This document shows positions 1 through 28,806 of a DNA stretch of 64,000 bases, piece by piece. This stretch comes from Octopus bimaculoides (Eukaryota). The position numbers and the translations under genes were made by a program. Below the pieces are notes generated by a model. That model worked only from the letters and a program-made list of their open reading frames with translations. It searched no databases and was not told the DNA's origin. Location of the stretch: the NCBI RefSeq assembly GCF_001194135.2, contig NC_068999.1:47447571-47511570 (forward strand), written 5' to 3'. Position 1 is the stretch's first letter, and every line of letters begins with the position of its first letter.

Positions 1-630
1 GGAGCTCTCTGAACTTTGCCCAGGCTATTCTTATTCTGGCAGTTACACTCTCAGAGCAATTACCCCTGCTACTGTCTTGGTCACCTAGGTAACAGAAGCT
101 ATCAACTACTTCTAGTTTTTTCCCCTGGCATTTGACGGAAGCTGTTTTCTGCACATTTTCAGTGTTTATTGCCCCTGAGCATTTGCCACACACAAAAACT
201 ATCTTCCCAGTTAGCCTTCCTTTGATATTGCTGCACTTCTTATTATGTTGTAGCTTTGAGATTTTGATGGTGTGATTGTTCTTGGAATGATGTTGTAGGG
301 TAGGTGTTACACCAGATTTGGCCAATTTGAACATAGAACAGGTAGACTGCTGGGCCTGAATATGGCTGGTTTCAATACTAAAAGGTTAATATTAACAATA
401 TGAATCACTCCTGTGAAAATTGGATATTTATTGACTTATCTTCGCTGCTGAAAGGATTTAATTTATAAGAATCAAATTATTTTCTACTGTCCCCAAATAG
501 TATGGCCTGCATATTCAGTGTTCAGCTTGTGATACTTTCTCAGCCTTTAATCTGTGGGGCTATTTTTGATTCATTTTACTGTGGACGCTAAAAGTTATTT
601 TTCCTTCAGAACTTTTTAATAAAATTTTCC

Positions 631-1003
631 TCTTGCGGGTGGCACATAAAATACACCATTTTGAGCGTGGCCATTGCCAGTAACGCCTGACTGGCCTTCG
701 TAGGATTTTCGAGCGAGATCGTTGCCAGTGCCCCTGAACTGGCTCTTGTGCGGGTGGCACATAAAATACACCATTTCGAGCGTGGCTATTGCCAGTACCG
801 CCTGACTGGTCTCCATGCGAGTAACACGTAAAAGCACCCACTACAGTCTTTGAGTGGTTGGCGTTAGGAAGGGCATCCAGCTGTAGAAACTCTGCCAAAT
901 CAGATTGGAAGCTGGTGTTGCCATCCGGTTTCACCAGTCCTCAGTCAAATCGTCCAACCCATGCTAGCATGGAAAGCGGACGTTAAACGATGATGATGAT
1001 GAT
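631..1003 (+). mobile_element. SINE family C (RTE-like 3' tail ending in (GAT)n; Ceph-type body)
   Basis: ggttggcgttaggaagggcatccagctgtagaaa...acccatgctagcatggaaagcggacgttaaacgatgatg, with an internal ~100-bp duplicated unit. Near-identical copies at about 13510-13704, 18541-18656, 25805-26100 and 52335-52500(-). Confidence 0.75.
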
Positions 1004-1130
1004 CAGATAAGAAGTCATGTATTTAACCCTTCAGCATTCAAATTATTCTGACAAATGTAATGCTTCTTTTTTCACATTGTTTTGAATTATGTATTATCTT
1101 GGTAGCTTTGAGATTTTGATGATGGGATTA

Positions 1131-1354
1131 CTCTTTTACTTGTTTCAGTCATTTGACTGCGACCATGCTAGAGCACCACCTTTTAGTCGAGCAAATCGAC
1201 CCCAGGACTTATTCTTCGGATGCCTAGTACTTATTCTATCGGTCTCTTTTGCCGAACCGCTAAGTTACGGGGACGTAAACACACCAGCATCGGTTGTGAA
1301 GCGATGTTGGGGACACACAGACACAAACATATTCACACACATACACACACACAC

Positions 1355-1385
<31 letters not shown>

Positions 1386-1495
1386 TATACATATATACGA
1401 CAGGCTTCTTTCAGTTTCCGTCTACCAAATCCACTCACAAAGCTTTGGTCGGCCCGAGGCTATAGTAGAAGACACTTGCCCAAGGTGCCATGCAA
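1131..1495 (-). mobile_element. tRNA-derived SINE family A with internal (TA/CA)n
   Basis: Reverse complement of ggcaccttgggcaagtgtcttctactatagcc...gaccgatagaataagtact...gactgaaacaagtaaaagag; many copies in the window. Confidence 0.8.
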
Positions 1496-1759
1496 TTCCT
1501 AATAATATTCAATTATAAAAATATAATAGAATATTTTAAACATTGAATAGCTATGAGGGTTCCCCCACTCCGAATAAAATAGGAATCAAAGGGTTTCATA
1601 GGCAAAGATAGTTGAGAACCATTGTTAGAGGAGGGGTCCCCAAACTTCTTACACCATCAACCCCTTCATGGAATCCTTCACCCCTCATTGCCCCCCCCCC
1701 CCAGCATGTATAAGGAAATAATAATTAAGTAGATGTGCATTTATCGATTCCATACGGTG

Positions 1760-2800
1760 GGGCGGGGTCGCTATCGACCACTGTGGAGACCCTTGGTTAG
1801 AGTATGATAGAGGAACAGCAACAAGGGTTTTGCTGTTTAGGAAATACATGACTATTTTAGTTGAAAAAAATGAGAAGATGGCGGTGGAGAAGTGTCTGGG
1901 CATGCCCCCAGAGGGAGGTGAATATAGGTGAAGTGGTACAGTGGGTTGGACAGGGTGAGTGGGCAGTGACATAATAAGTTTATCAAAATGAGTAATGAAG
2001 GATAATTTGTTGAAATTAAGACAATTAACAATGAGGTTGAAAGTTCCTGAGTTTTACTGATGATCTTACAGTGGTTGTGAATAGTGATTAAAAGATTTGT
2101 GGTTTCCGGGTTTGAAAACTGCTTTTTACTTCCTCGGTGACTTAACATTTCTTGATAAATGATTTGCTTTGATTAATTTATGGATTTTGGTGATATACAA
2201 ATATGTCAATATTTTGTGGCTAATATCTCACATGAAGTAATATTATTTATACCACATGTCACCTGAGATAATCTGCTTAAAACTAGCAGAGAATTGATCT
2301 TTTGGCTGGATTCAATGGTCAGAGACTTTGATGTATTGATAAAGCTTTGGCCTACTTAGTTGTGAGAGAGATTGTGGTATAATTTAATCAATAGTTTGAG
2401 GTGGTGAGGCCAGAAATAGGAAACAATATTTGAATGTGTCAGGGGTGCAAAAGAACAGATTCTTCTGTTTTTGGCTCCAAGTTATCTCCAAAGCTTTTGT
2501 TATCAGAGTTTTCATGCTGTGGGTGGTGGAAAGAAGCATGATATTAGGTAATCAGAGTTGGGATAGAAAGAATGGGATGGAAGATGTAGATATTTTGAAA
2601 AAGTCTAGAAAATCCCAGAAAATGTGGTTAGGGCAGTTTTTGAGCAGCCCCAGTCAATATTGTATATGAAAGTTAATGTCTTGTTCTGGCTGTAGACCTC
2701 TTGCTTTTTTTGTGGATCAATTCTGAGGTTTAGGATTTCGACATTTGTCTTTACTTCATGAATGGTAAATTAATTATATTTTTTTAAATTACTTGGATGA
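1760..2800 (-). mobile_element. Degenerate non-LTR retrotransposon (RT) relic
   Basis: Broken minus-strand frames give KQFSNPETTNLL and GSPQWSIATP, resembling the RT motifs QFGFR..STT and GVPQGS; stops and frameshifts present. Confidence 0.45.
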
Positions 2801-3611
2801 GATCTGTAATTTTGGATGTATCTCTTATTGCTTAATAAGATGGCAGGTATTTTGCTTAGGTCAACTCTAATCAACGGTAACTCAGCTATTACCATCCTTT
2901 CTTTGTTTTTGGTTATAATGCATCTAGAATTACATTACCTAGTGAATCCTTCCTTTTGTAAGATGGTAAGACGTGATTTGAGGAGGATTTGGTTGCTATT
3001 TCTAACAAGTTGAGCTACCATACAAGGGCTCTCTGAAAACTAGTTAAAATTAATAGTGGAGACTGGTTAGAGTACTTGTGTTTCTGTTGTATGAGGTTAA
3101 AATATTTTTTATATTGAGTGTTAAATAAAGAGGCAATTTGGAGACCATTCCCTTGAGAGTCAGAGAACCATTGAGCAGCTACGAATAAAAACCTACAGAA
3201 CCTTGAAAAATGGAAAAGCAGGAACTGGTATTAATATTAAAATAGATAAGATTTTAACCACCAACAGTGAAAAGAGTTGTTGACATCAAAATCTAGTTCA
3301 TAGAAACAGATTCTATTACAGTTAAGGTGCAGTGTACTGCAGCTTTCTCAGAATCAATAGATTATGCACTTGCAGAAAACACTTCTGCAATTTCATTACT
3401 AGGATTATTGTTTTTAGCTTTTGAAATATGTACCACTTAAAAATCACCAAAACACCAAATTAATACTTTTAATGTATAAAAGGCTTATCTTATAAAGGGA
3501 TAATCTTGCTCTGTTTATATTTCGGCACTGTTTCTGTCTTGGTGGAATTTTCTTTGAATATGATTTTAATGCTTGAGAAATGTTCTGATGTTAATATATC
3601 TTATCTTACAG

Positions 3612-19022
<15,411 letters not shown>

Positions 19023-19120
19023 GAAAATCCACAAATCGTCTGCTGTGCATTCATTGATCTACGCACTGTTGGAAGCAGAAACAACTTGAAGATTACTGCA
19101 ATCAGTTTTGGGGATGAACA

Positions 19121-19156
<36 letters not shown>

Positions 19157-19579
19157 AACTACTACTACAAGTACTCTACTACTATTACTACTACTTTTCT
19201 ACATCGTTTACTGCAGTTTAAAAAAAAAAAGACAAAAAAGAACAAAGAATACACTCATCAGCAGCAACAGCTACTCTTTACAACAAATTATGAGTTTTGT
19301 TGGCTTGGCCTCTGTTGCCCTTCTGTTTTCTAGACTTCTTTATTCTATCAACTTCAACTCCCAATACTACTGTCAAGCAACAATACTAGTCCCCAGTTTT
19401 ATTTTATTTTATTTATTTTTTTGTTTTATTATGATTATTATTATTATTATTTTAGCTTTTGACTGTCTTTTACTGCCAAACTAAATTTTTAATTATAGTG
19501 TTTTCTAAGAAGCAATCTATTGTTATATATTTATATATAATACACAAACCTACACACATACACACACACACACACACAC

Positions 19580-19613
<34 letters not shown>

Positions 19614-19624
19614 GTGTGTGTGTG

Positions 19625-19662
<38 letters not shown>

Positions 19663-20249
19663 AATAATTTATATTATTTAGGCAATGGAAAAATTTATAT
19701 ATTTTTTTTTGTGTCTTAGATCACCCTTTTAAAAAATGTTTCAGTTTAGCATTCAAACCCTGTTTGGTTTTCTTTCTTTTCTTTTTTTTCTCTCCTTTCA
19801 TTTTTTTAATGTCTGTTGCTGGTATTTTTCTCATCCAGCTTAAATCGCATTGTATTCAATGCTGTTATTATTGTCAGATTATTCCCTTCTTCTTAAAGAA
19901 ATACCTGCTGATTGTAGATCCATGTTTATCATTTAACAGTAATCCTACTATTTAGTAGATTAAAAGGATTCTTTTATTATCATAATTCAATATTTTATTA
20001 ATTTTGATCAAAATACAGGAGAACTATGCTAATTCTTAGGTTGCGATTGTTTCTTATTCTTCTGCTAAGTTTCAAAAATGTTCTTAAATATGTAAAAAAA
20101 AAAAAAAAATTCAGTCTCTTCTAAGGTACTTGGTTTCATTTCATTATTATTATTCCTTCGACTTTTCTTTATTCCCTAGAAATAGAGTTCTGTGCTGCTT
20201 GGAACATCTATTTCAAGAGATGGCAAAATTTAATATATATGTTATGTGC

Positions 20250-20284
<35 letters not shown>

Positions 20285-22763
20285 GTGTGTGTGTATGGCA
20301 TGTGTGCATACATGCATATATATGGTGAGTGTCTGTGTGTGTGTATGTGTATATATATGTATATATATATATATACACGCACACACATAATATATAGGAA
20401 GGCAGAATCATTTTTCTCTTAATTAGAAATAGGTAATTATTTTAGTCGGATCATCTGTCTTCCATAGGTTATTCTTTTTTTTTTCTTTTTTTTTTTTTTT
20501 GCTTTTAATTTTCTTCATTTGCATTGAAACATAAGAAGAAGAATATTTTTATTATTATTGTTGTTGATTGAAAACTGTGCAAATGTCAATATCTTTGACA
20601 AAAGAGAAACTTTAAAAAGGAATTAAAATATTAGCCAAGAATTGTTTTCTTTTGTTAATGAAGTTGAGTAGAGGAACAAGTGTGAGACTAAAGTTTCTAT
20701 TTTTAATCAGTGGGCTTTGCAGTAGCTATCTCATTGCAGCACTGGTTGGACACAAAGATAAGGGTTCCTGTTGAATTATTCTTTACTATGGGGAAATAGC
20801 CATAATATCATTTCCCAGTTATCGCTGAATTTATTAGTTATCATTGATATTGGTGTATGTGTTAGCTTTATTATAATTACTATTATTGTTATTACTATGA
20901 TTATTATTATTATTATTATTATTAATGCATCTAGTAAATTTTTATGATGCTGTGATTTCTCTGCAGAATGTATTGGAACTAAGTTGTGAATGTTGGTGCT
21001 GGTGGTGCATTGTTGCTAAAAATTGAATGATGTAAGGGCTTCTTGAAAATTACTTTAAAAAAACCTTCCTCTTTTATATATAGTTTATAATAAACATTCC
21101 AGCTGCTCTTTCTTTCTAAAGTGACTAAGTTAAACTAAGTGGTAGTGGTATCATGTTTTCACTTCTCACCTGATGGTAGTAGCATGGGTTTCCTTGCGGG
21201 TCTGACCTAGCAAAGTATTTACGACTACTACTGATCTTGTTGTATGATGCTCCAGTAAGGCCGTTTATCGACGACACATTACTTGTGTATCGACCAAACT
21301 GACTGTTTAGATTTCCTTTCTCTATATGATCCACTTGATTACATTAGCAATTCTCCGATGAATTTTGCTAATTAGTTATTAATTTTACTGGTCATCTCTC
21401 TCTCTCTAACCCAGTTTGATTTAGAAAAGAATAGGTATTTCTGGCTTCAAACTTTAAAACTGGCCAACTAATTTATACAATAATTTTAATAAAAAAAAAA
21501 ACAAAACTTGACTCTGTCTTTATCCTTTTCAGAAGATGGCTGATTTGGAAGTTTGAGAAATTGGTGATTTGAAATATAAATCTTTAAAGATGTCAAAAAA
21601 TGAAATTCGGGAATGTGTGTCTATATTCTCTGAAATGTGAACCTGAAGAATGGAGGTGGTGATTGTAAATTTAAAAACTATAAATTTGTATGACTGAATG
21701 TGTGAATGAGTGTTTATCAAGTGTGAAGGTGCTATTTCTCTTAACATTGACTGATTGAAATGCTGTGAAATATTTCAGGATATTCTTGAATGAAAAGACT
21801 GACTGCTATGGTCTCTATACCACTCTTGTGAGTGTGTCTCTTATCAACTGTGTGATATTGAACGAAGAGCTGGGTGAAAGCTAAAATTTACTAGTGTAAC
21901 TTACTCTACCAACAATATGATTTTTCTGTCCATGCTATACAGGCTTAGCAATGATGATTGTAATTTTCTAATACACTGTTAAAATAAAACTTTGTAACGA
22001 ATGTGTATATGTGGAATTTTAAAAAAAAATTTTTTTTTTTTAAACGTTTCTACACAAACTTACCACAAGTTTTTCTCTGTGCAACAGAAACTTTCAAAGC
22101 ACTTTGGTGGAATGGCTGCTTAGAATGTTTAATTGGTCAAATTATGATACTTCTGTTTAACCCATTCACTGGGTTATTTGGTTGTCCTCATAACAGTGGT
22201 ACACTTGTTGCACATGGAGTTTTACCAATAAGTTTTCTTTTTTTATTACTGGCCGGCCCTACCTTTGTATCTATTTATACACAGCATTACTTCTCACTGG
22301 GCACAGGTTTGGAAAATAGCAGTTATTATTGCTTTGCCTGTATTTTAATGTTGATAGTTTCTTAAAATTATTGTTTTTGTTTTATTGAAACAAATCCACA
22401 TACACATACAGCTAGTTTTAAGAAATAACTTGCATGCCACCTTCTTTTAGAGTTGAATAGAACTCCTTTTTTTTTTAAAAAAAAAAAATAAAAAATAACA
22501 AAATCCCACAAAAATTATTTTCATTACCTTCAAGGTAGGTTACCACTAGTTATGGAACTAATTGATTTATTTCAAACTAAAATTATAAGCTAACGTTTTC
22601 CATGTCTTATCAACTCTGTGGCCTTTTAAGCTTTATCAAAAAAACAACGTCCAGCCATATGTTTATTAAATTGTGAATTCTAACTGAACAAAATACATGG
22701 ATATTATTTGCTAGAAAACTTCATTCTTAACTTCTCTAATTCTGTTTTATCTGTTCTATTTTA

Positions 22764-22801
<38 letters not shown>

Positions 22802-24261
22802 TTTCCTACCTGTACAGAATCCTCTATTGTCACCTAGTCAATAAAAAGTGGCTATATTTCTTCTCAAGTTCACTTGCAATTCCATTTTTTTTTTATTGCG
22901 TGCATTTTTTCTTTCTTCCTTTCTTTTTTTTTTATTATTGTTGATGACATGTCTTCTTCGTTCAGTGTGGCATGTCAAGTTTTATAATGAGATTTAATGT
23001 TCTTTATTATAGTCCTTACAACAGTTTCTTTCCAGTTATTCAAAACATTTTAGGTTGGCAGCTGTGAAATTGATAGTCCAATGTTTGATAAATTTTGATA
23101 ATTACAGAACTAAATTCTCAACCTGACTAGCAAATGTCTCTCATATAACTTGAAAAATTCCTTAATTTTTAAAATATTATTTTTGACATTATTTCCTTTC
23201 CTAAATATTTTAACCTGATCAATATTTTTTATTCTTAGATTCAACAACTTCTGTATCTATTGGATTTTTCAAAATTTTTAAAACGGACATTTAAAAAATT
23301 ATTTTTAAGAATAGTGAAGCTTGAAGCAGATAAAGCTATAAAAAAATAAACTGTAAACATTGGATTAAAAATCATTCAGGCAGTAAGTCGAAAAAGCTGG
23401 TCATGGAACATGCACCTACATATTCTGTAAACATGACAGTTCTAGCATTGGACCAAAGCAATCCTTCAAAATTTCTCTATCCAAAGGGTTTTTGACCCAA
23501 TATTTATTGCTTTATTTGCTTTGAGATTCACCATTCCTAAAATTAATTTCCCGTTCTCAAAGTTTCTAAATTCTTAGACATATTTTGTATTGTTGCTTTT
23601 TACTTGCAACACTTATAACGGTTCATTCTTATTTCCATACAGCCAAGTTTGACAACTTTTGTATTTTGTATTGGGAAAGAAAAACAAAACAAAACAAACA
23701 AAAGGAGTGGTTGAAACTGAAATAGATTTTTGAACATTTCTCTAGCTATGTCAGAGCAACAGCAAAATAGAAAATATCTCGTAACTTAATCTTGTATGAT
23801 GGCCGCAGGTGGTTGTAAAAACATTTCAAATGAAGACTTCAGTCTCTCTGACTTAGTGGTAATGACTTTTCACTAAAATGAATTTAAGGCTTTTTTTTTT
23901 TTTTTTTTTTAGTTTGATTTCCTGTTTTAGTGAAGAATTTAGTCAGTCACTATAAAGCTTGTTTCTTTGAAAATAAATATCATAAACATCACCTTCCGTC
24001 CATAACATTGTGAAACCGTTTGTCCTAACTCGATTCATATCTTCTTCAAACTTTTAGCATTATAGAAATTTAACAATGACAACAAAATTTGGCTGTGATA
24101 TTAATAATTAAAATAACCAAAAAACATTTAAGTTGCTTGTAAAAGGGAACAAATTCTGAATTTAGTTATTAACTACTTTTAAACATATCAATAATCTTTT
24201 ATCTAGCTATACTGAATAAATTTACCAAAACCTTTTGGAATATCACTTTTATATATTTTTT

Positions 24262-24409
24262 GGTGCCACTTTAGCATGCAGTCTAACCCATTCCTAAACC
24301 CTAACTCTAACCTCAATCCAACCCTGATCCTTCACCCTAACCCTGATCAGGTACTTTCACAGTATAAATAAAGGATACTGTGGTAGACTGCATGCTAAAG
24401 TAGTATCAC
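24262..24409. mobile_element. Non-autonomous element with 17-bp subterminal inverted repeats and an internal degenerate (CCCTAA)n array
   Basis: actttagcatgcagtct (24268-24284) / agactgcatgctaaagt (24385-24401); second copy at 40179-40402. Confidence 0.6.
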
Positions 24410-26098
24410 TCCCTATTTTTTCTTTCCAAATAGGGCTTCATATAAATGGGAATTTTACATTTAAAGATAGACTTATTATTTTTAGGAAGACTTATATTAT
24501 AATGAATTTTTAAACTTCAGTTTCCTGCTGCCAACTTTTCTCTCTAAACCGCTCTACACTAGCCAACCAAATGTTAGTGTGTGTATACATAAATAGATTT
24601 TATTTTACTGTTTTCTATTTCAATGTATTTTCAGAATAACTGGATTTTTTTGTATATATTGATTTTCGGTTTTCTTTAACAATAATTTTCCAAATCAAAT
24701 CACTGTTTGATTGTTTTTATAACCTGGGGGTCATTTTAACTCTTTTACTTTGTATAAGAGTTGATTTTTCCAGTTCCAGATTCATAGAATGTAATAGTCG
24801 TTCCGAGATGATACTCAAAGGATTTGATTTGAAGAATTCAGTTAGAATGAAACAATTTCTAAATTCATTAATGCAACACTTTGCTACTAATTAGTTAACG
24901 AATAAGAAAAACTTTGCAGTAGAACCATTTTGAAAAGAAATGAGGTACTTTCTCACGATTATGATTTTATACAGTTAATTCACTTATCTTGTGTGTGTGT
25001 ATGTACACGCACAAGCACGTGTGTGTGTGTGTATACACACATATGCATATGCATAAATATATACATGTATGTATACATATATGCATGATATTTTAAGTGA
25101 GGTCTTGAGCACACAGTTTAAATATTTAGATGGAAGACATTGTTTAAAGAAGATTGTTAAAATGGCCCCTTGTGACATCCTGGCTTCATAACTTCCGGTT
25201 TATTTTAAAGTCCAGTCAGATTGCTGTATCTTGAATATTCAATAAAGAAACCATTATATCCAGTCTAGAGATATTATGTGCTTGATTGACATATAATCGT
25301 AATGATTATCCTGTATTTGGATAAAGGTATATCTTTTATCTTTTGTTTCATTTATTGGACTGGGGCCATCTTCAAGATCAAGCTTGAGGGGTTTAGTCAA
25401 ACAAATCAGTCCCAGTATTTTTTTTTTTTTTTCCTCAATTGTGGTACTTATTCTCTCAGTCTCTTTTACTGAATCACTGCCAAATCCACTCACAAAGCTT
25501 CTGTTGACCTGAAACTGTAGTTGAAGACATCTACGTAAGGCACTGTGCAGTGTGACTGAACCTGAAACCATGTGGTTGAGAAACAAGCTTCTTATCACAC
25601 AGCCAAGCCTTCACCTTTATAGGTTTGGTACAAAGTCTTTGGATATTTTAGCAAAATTTTTGCTTTATCTTGCATTAACATCTCAAGGAAGGATTAAAAA
25701 AAAACCCAGTTTAACCCTTTCAAAATTCAGAGCTTGAAGTAGATGAAGTTCCCACAAAACTGTCACCTCAACATTAAGGTGCTGATCCTAAAAGCATCCA
25801 AACAAGTGGTTTGAGAACTTTCCTGGTTGTTGCCAGTGCCACTGGACTGTCTCCTGTGCATGTGGCACATAAAAAACACCATTTTGAGCATGGCCGTTGC
25901 CAGTACCGTGTGATTGGCCCTCGTGCCAGTGGCACGTAAAAGCACCCACTACACTCTCGGAGTGGTTGGCGTTAGGAAGGGCATCCAGCTGTAGAAACTC
26001 TGCCAGATCAGATTGGAGCCTGGTGCAGCCATCCGGTTCACCAGTCCTCAGTGAAATCGTCCAACCCATGCTAGCATGGAAAGCGGACGTCAAATGAT

Positions 26099-26134
<36 letters not shown>

Positions 26135-26494
26135 AAATACTCACTGTGAGTAAATATATGCACTAAGTATATGCAAATATACCAGAGTGTATATTGGTAT
26201 ATACGCATACTCTGTATATCTATATATTCTGGTTCAAGTAGAAGATGCAAACAGCATCATGTGTACAAGAATATTCTAGGCATGGAATAAGAACCATCTT
26301 CGTCTGTGACTTGAATAAAGAAATCAGTTCAAAATTCCAAGAAACTTACTAAATATGTCAGTGACCAGATGAAGACCTAAAGGTAGAATGGCTATAACAA
26401 GCCAAGATTAGTCTGAATATATCAATATGTGATAATCCTTTCTACTAGAGACAGGGACGGGTGCCTGAAATTTTCTGGGCTGGGACTAGTCAAT

Positions 26495-27960
26495 TACACC
26501 CACCTACCCCGCTCCCAATGTTTCGCTAGTATTTGATTTATCGATCCCAAAAGGATGAAAGGCAAAATTGAACTCAGAACGTTGTGGCTGATGTTTCTGC
26601 CTTAGGGCACAATGGCTGAGACATTGTGACTATAACAACCAGGATGAATATATTGCTATATGATATTGATTTCAAATTCTGGCACAAGGCCAGCAATTTC
26701 ATGGGATGGAGTAAGTCTATTACATTGATCCCTAGTATTTTACTGGTACTATTTTATCGATACTGAAAGGATGGAAGGCAAAGTTGACCATGGCAAAATT
26801 TGAACTTGAAATGTGAAGAAATACTAATACGCTTTTTACCTGGCGTGTTAATGGTTCTACCAGTTTGCTGTCTTAATATTACTATATAATATTGATAATT
26901 CTTGAAAAATGGCGGAGGATACAATGACTAAGACAGCCAAGATAGAAGACATGAGTCTGAAATATATCAGGGTGGACCTATCCGTCCATTGTAAATAATG
27001 TATATTAGTGTATAATACTATATTTTCTAGGTGGTGAGTTGGCAGAAACATTAGCATATGTTCTGAGTTCAAATTCCGCCGAGGTTGACTTTGCCCTTCA
27101 TTCTTTTGCGGTCGATAAATTAAGTACCAATTGTATACTGGAGTCAATCTAATCGACTGCCCCCCCCCCTCCCCCAAAACTTCAGGCCTTGTATCTAGAG
27201 TAGAAAAGGATATATATTTCCAAAAGGCAGCAGGCTGGCAGAAACGTTAGCATGCCGGGCGAAATGCTTAGCGGTATTTCATCTGTCTTTATGTTCTGAG
27301 TTCAAATTCCGCTGAGGTCAACTTTGCCGTTCATCCTTTCAGGGTCGATAAATTAAGTACCAGTTGTGTACCGGGGTTAATCTAGTCGACTGCCCCTCCC
27401 CCTCCCCAAAAATTTTGGGCCTTGTGCAAAGAGTAGAAAAGAATATATTTATTAATTTTGGCACAAGACCAGCAATATTGAGGGACAAGGGGAAACAATT
27501 ACATTAATCCCAGTGTTCAATTGGTACTTATTTTATTGACCCTGAAAGCCAAAGTTGTCCTCAATGGAATTTGAACTTGGAATATAGAGAACCAGAAGAA
27601 ATGCTGCTAAGCATTTTGCTGACATGATAATGATTTCGCCTGCTTACTGCCTTATGTGAGAGTATAATAATCCTTTGTTATATAAGCACAAGGCTTGAAA
27701 TTTGATGGGAGGAGGAGGGGGGGGGCTAGCTGATCATATCAGCCCTAGTGTTTGACTGGTACTTAATCTATCGACCTTGAAAGGGATGAAAGACAAAGGT
27801 CGACCTCGATGGAATTTGAATTCAGAATGTAACGGTCTGAAATTTTGTGGAAGGGGTTAGTTGATTACATTGCACCCCAGTGCACAACTAGTATTTGTTT
27901 CATCGACCCTCAAAGAATGAATGACATAGTCAACCCTGGCTGAATTTGAACTCAGAACAT
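26495..27960. mobile_element. Cluster of about 7 SINE family B copies and fragments in both orientations
   Basis: Repeated gaaaggatgaaaggcaaagt/atttgaactcagaa motifs and their reverse complements. Confidence 0.75.
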
Positions 27961-28623
27961 TAAGACAGCAAAGCTCCACGATAGTGCATGATCAAAACAA
28001 GGTTAATAAATAAGTGTTCTGTATGACAGAATGTATCTGAATGCCAAGAAGTTAAATTGATAGTGGAGGGAGTTTTTTAAAAAGATTTGGCTGTAATTTC
28101 TTACAAGATCTTTTAGAGATTTCTTTATCGGTTTATGAGAAATATATGTAAAGTAATTTGTTACCAATATTGAATATTCCAGTTAATGATCCAAAAAGAA
28201 TTTTGAATGTTTATTTTATTGATTGGAAATATTTTAATAAGTATTATTGAACAATTGGTTGTTAGCTTGCATGTTTTATACTTTGAATTTTCAAGAACTC
28301 AAGAAAATGGTGCCTTCCTGGTTTATTATAAACATATGACAATCTTTATGTGGCCATCTCTGGTAACTTGTTATGAGCATTTTAGAATGGTTTACAAATG
28401 TCTGACAGAAGTTTTCAGCAGCCATGAAGAATACAGCATAACTTTTAGAAGCGTTATCCTTCATTTCTTGTAAAAATAATTTTCTGATAATGTTATTATA
28501 ATGCTATCATAATAACATTATAATGTTGTTATAAGGTTATTATAAAGTCATTATAACAAAGTTATATGGGAAACAATTATTGGTTTAATTTTGTTGTCTT
28601 CAATGTTACACTGAAGAAGTGTT

Positions 28624-28806
28624 TTAGCAGTGGTCATGGTGATGGTAATCGTGATGATGATGGTCGTGATGACCATGGTGACCATGGTGACCATGATGAT
28701 CATAGTGAACATGATGTCCGTGGTGGCCTCCATGGTGATGGTCATGACCAAACACCATGTCATGTACTGCATGTTTGATGGCGCCACCAACACCCTCATG
28801 ATGTTC
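28624..28806 (-). CDS. His-rich gene exon 4 (EHHEGVGGAIKHAVHDMVFGHDHHH...DHC*)
   Basis: ttttttaataatttcag| acceptor; 60 codons, 29 of them His; TAA at 28626-28624. Confidence 0.88.
   Translation of the reverse strand, partial: EHHEGVGGAIKHAVHDMVFGHDHHHGGHHGHHVHYDHHGHHGHHGHHDHHHHDYHHHDHC

Noticed and set aside
560-1502. ORFs overlapping SINEs (also 25788-26093, 44277-44708, 55130-55598 and others)
   Set aside because: Recurrent translations of SINE consensus sequence, not genes.
21240-21305. C/D-box snoRNA-like spacing (ATGATG...CTGA)
   Set aside because: The C box is imperfect, there is no terminal stem, and it lies downstream of the importin stop rather than in an intron.
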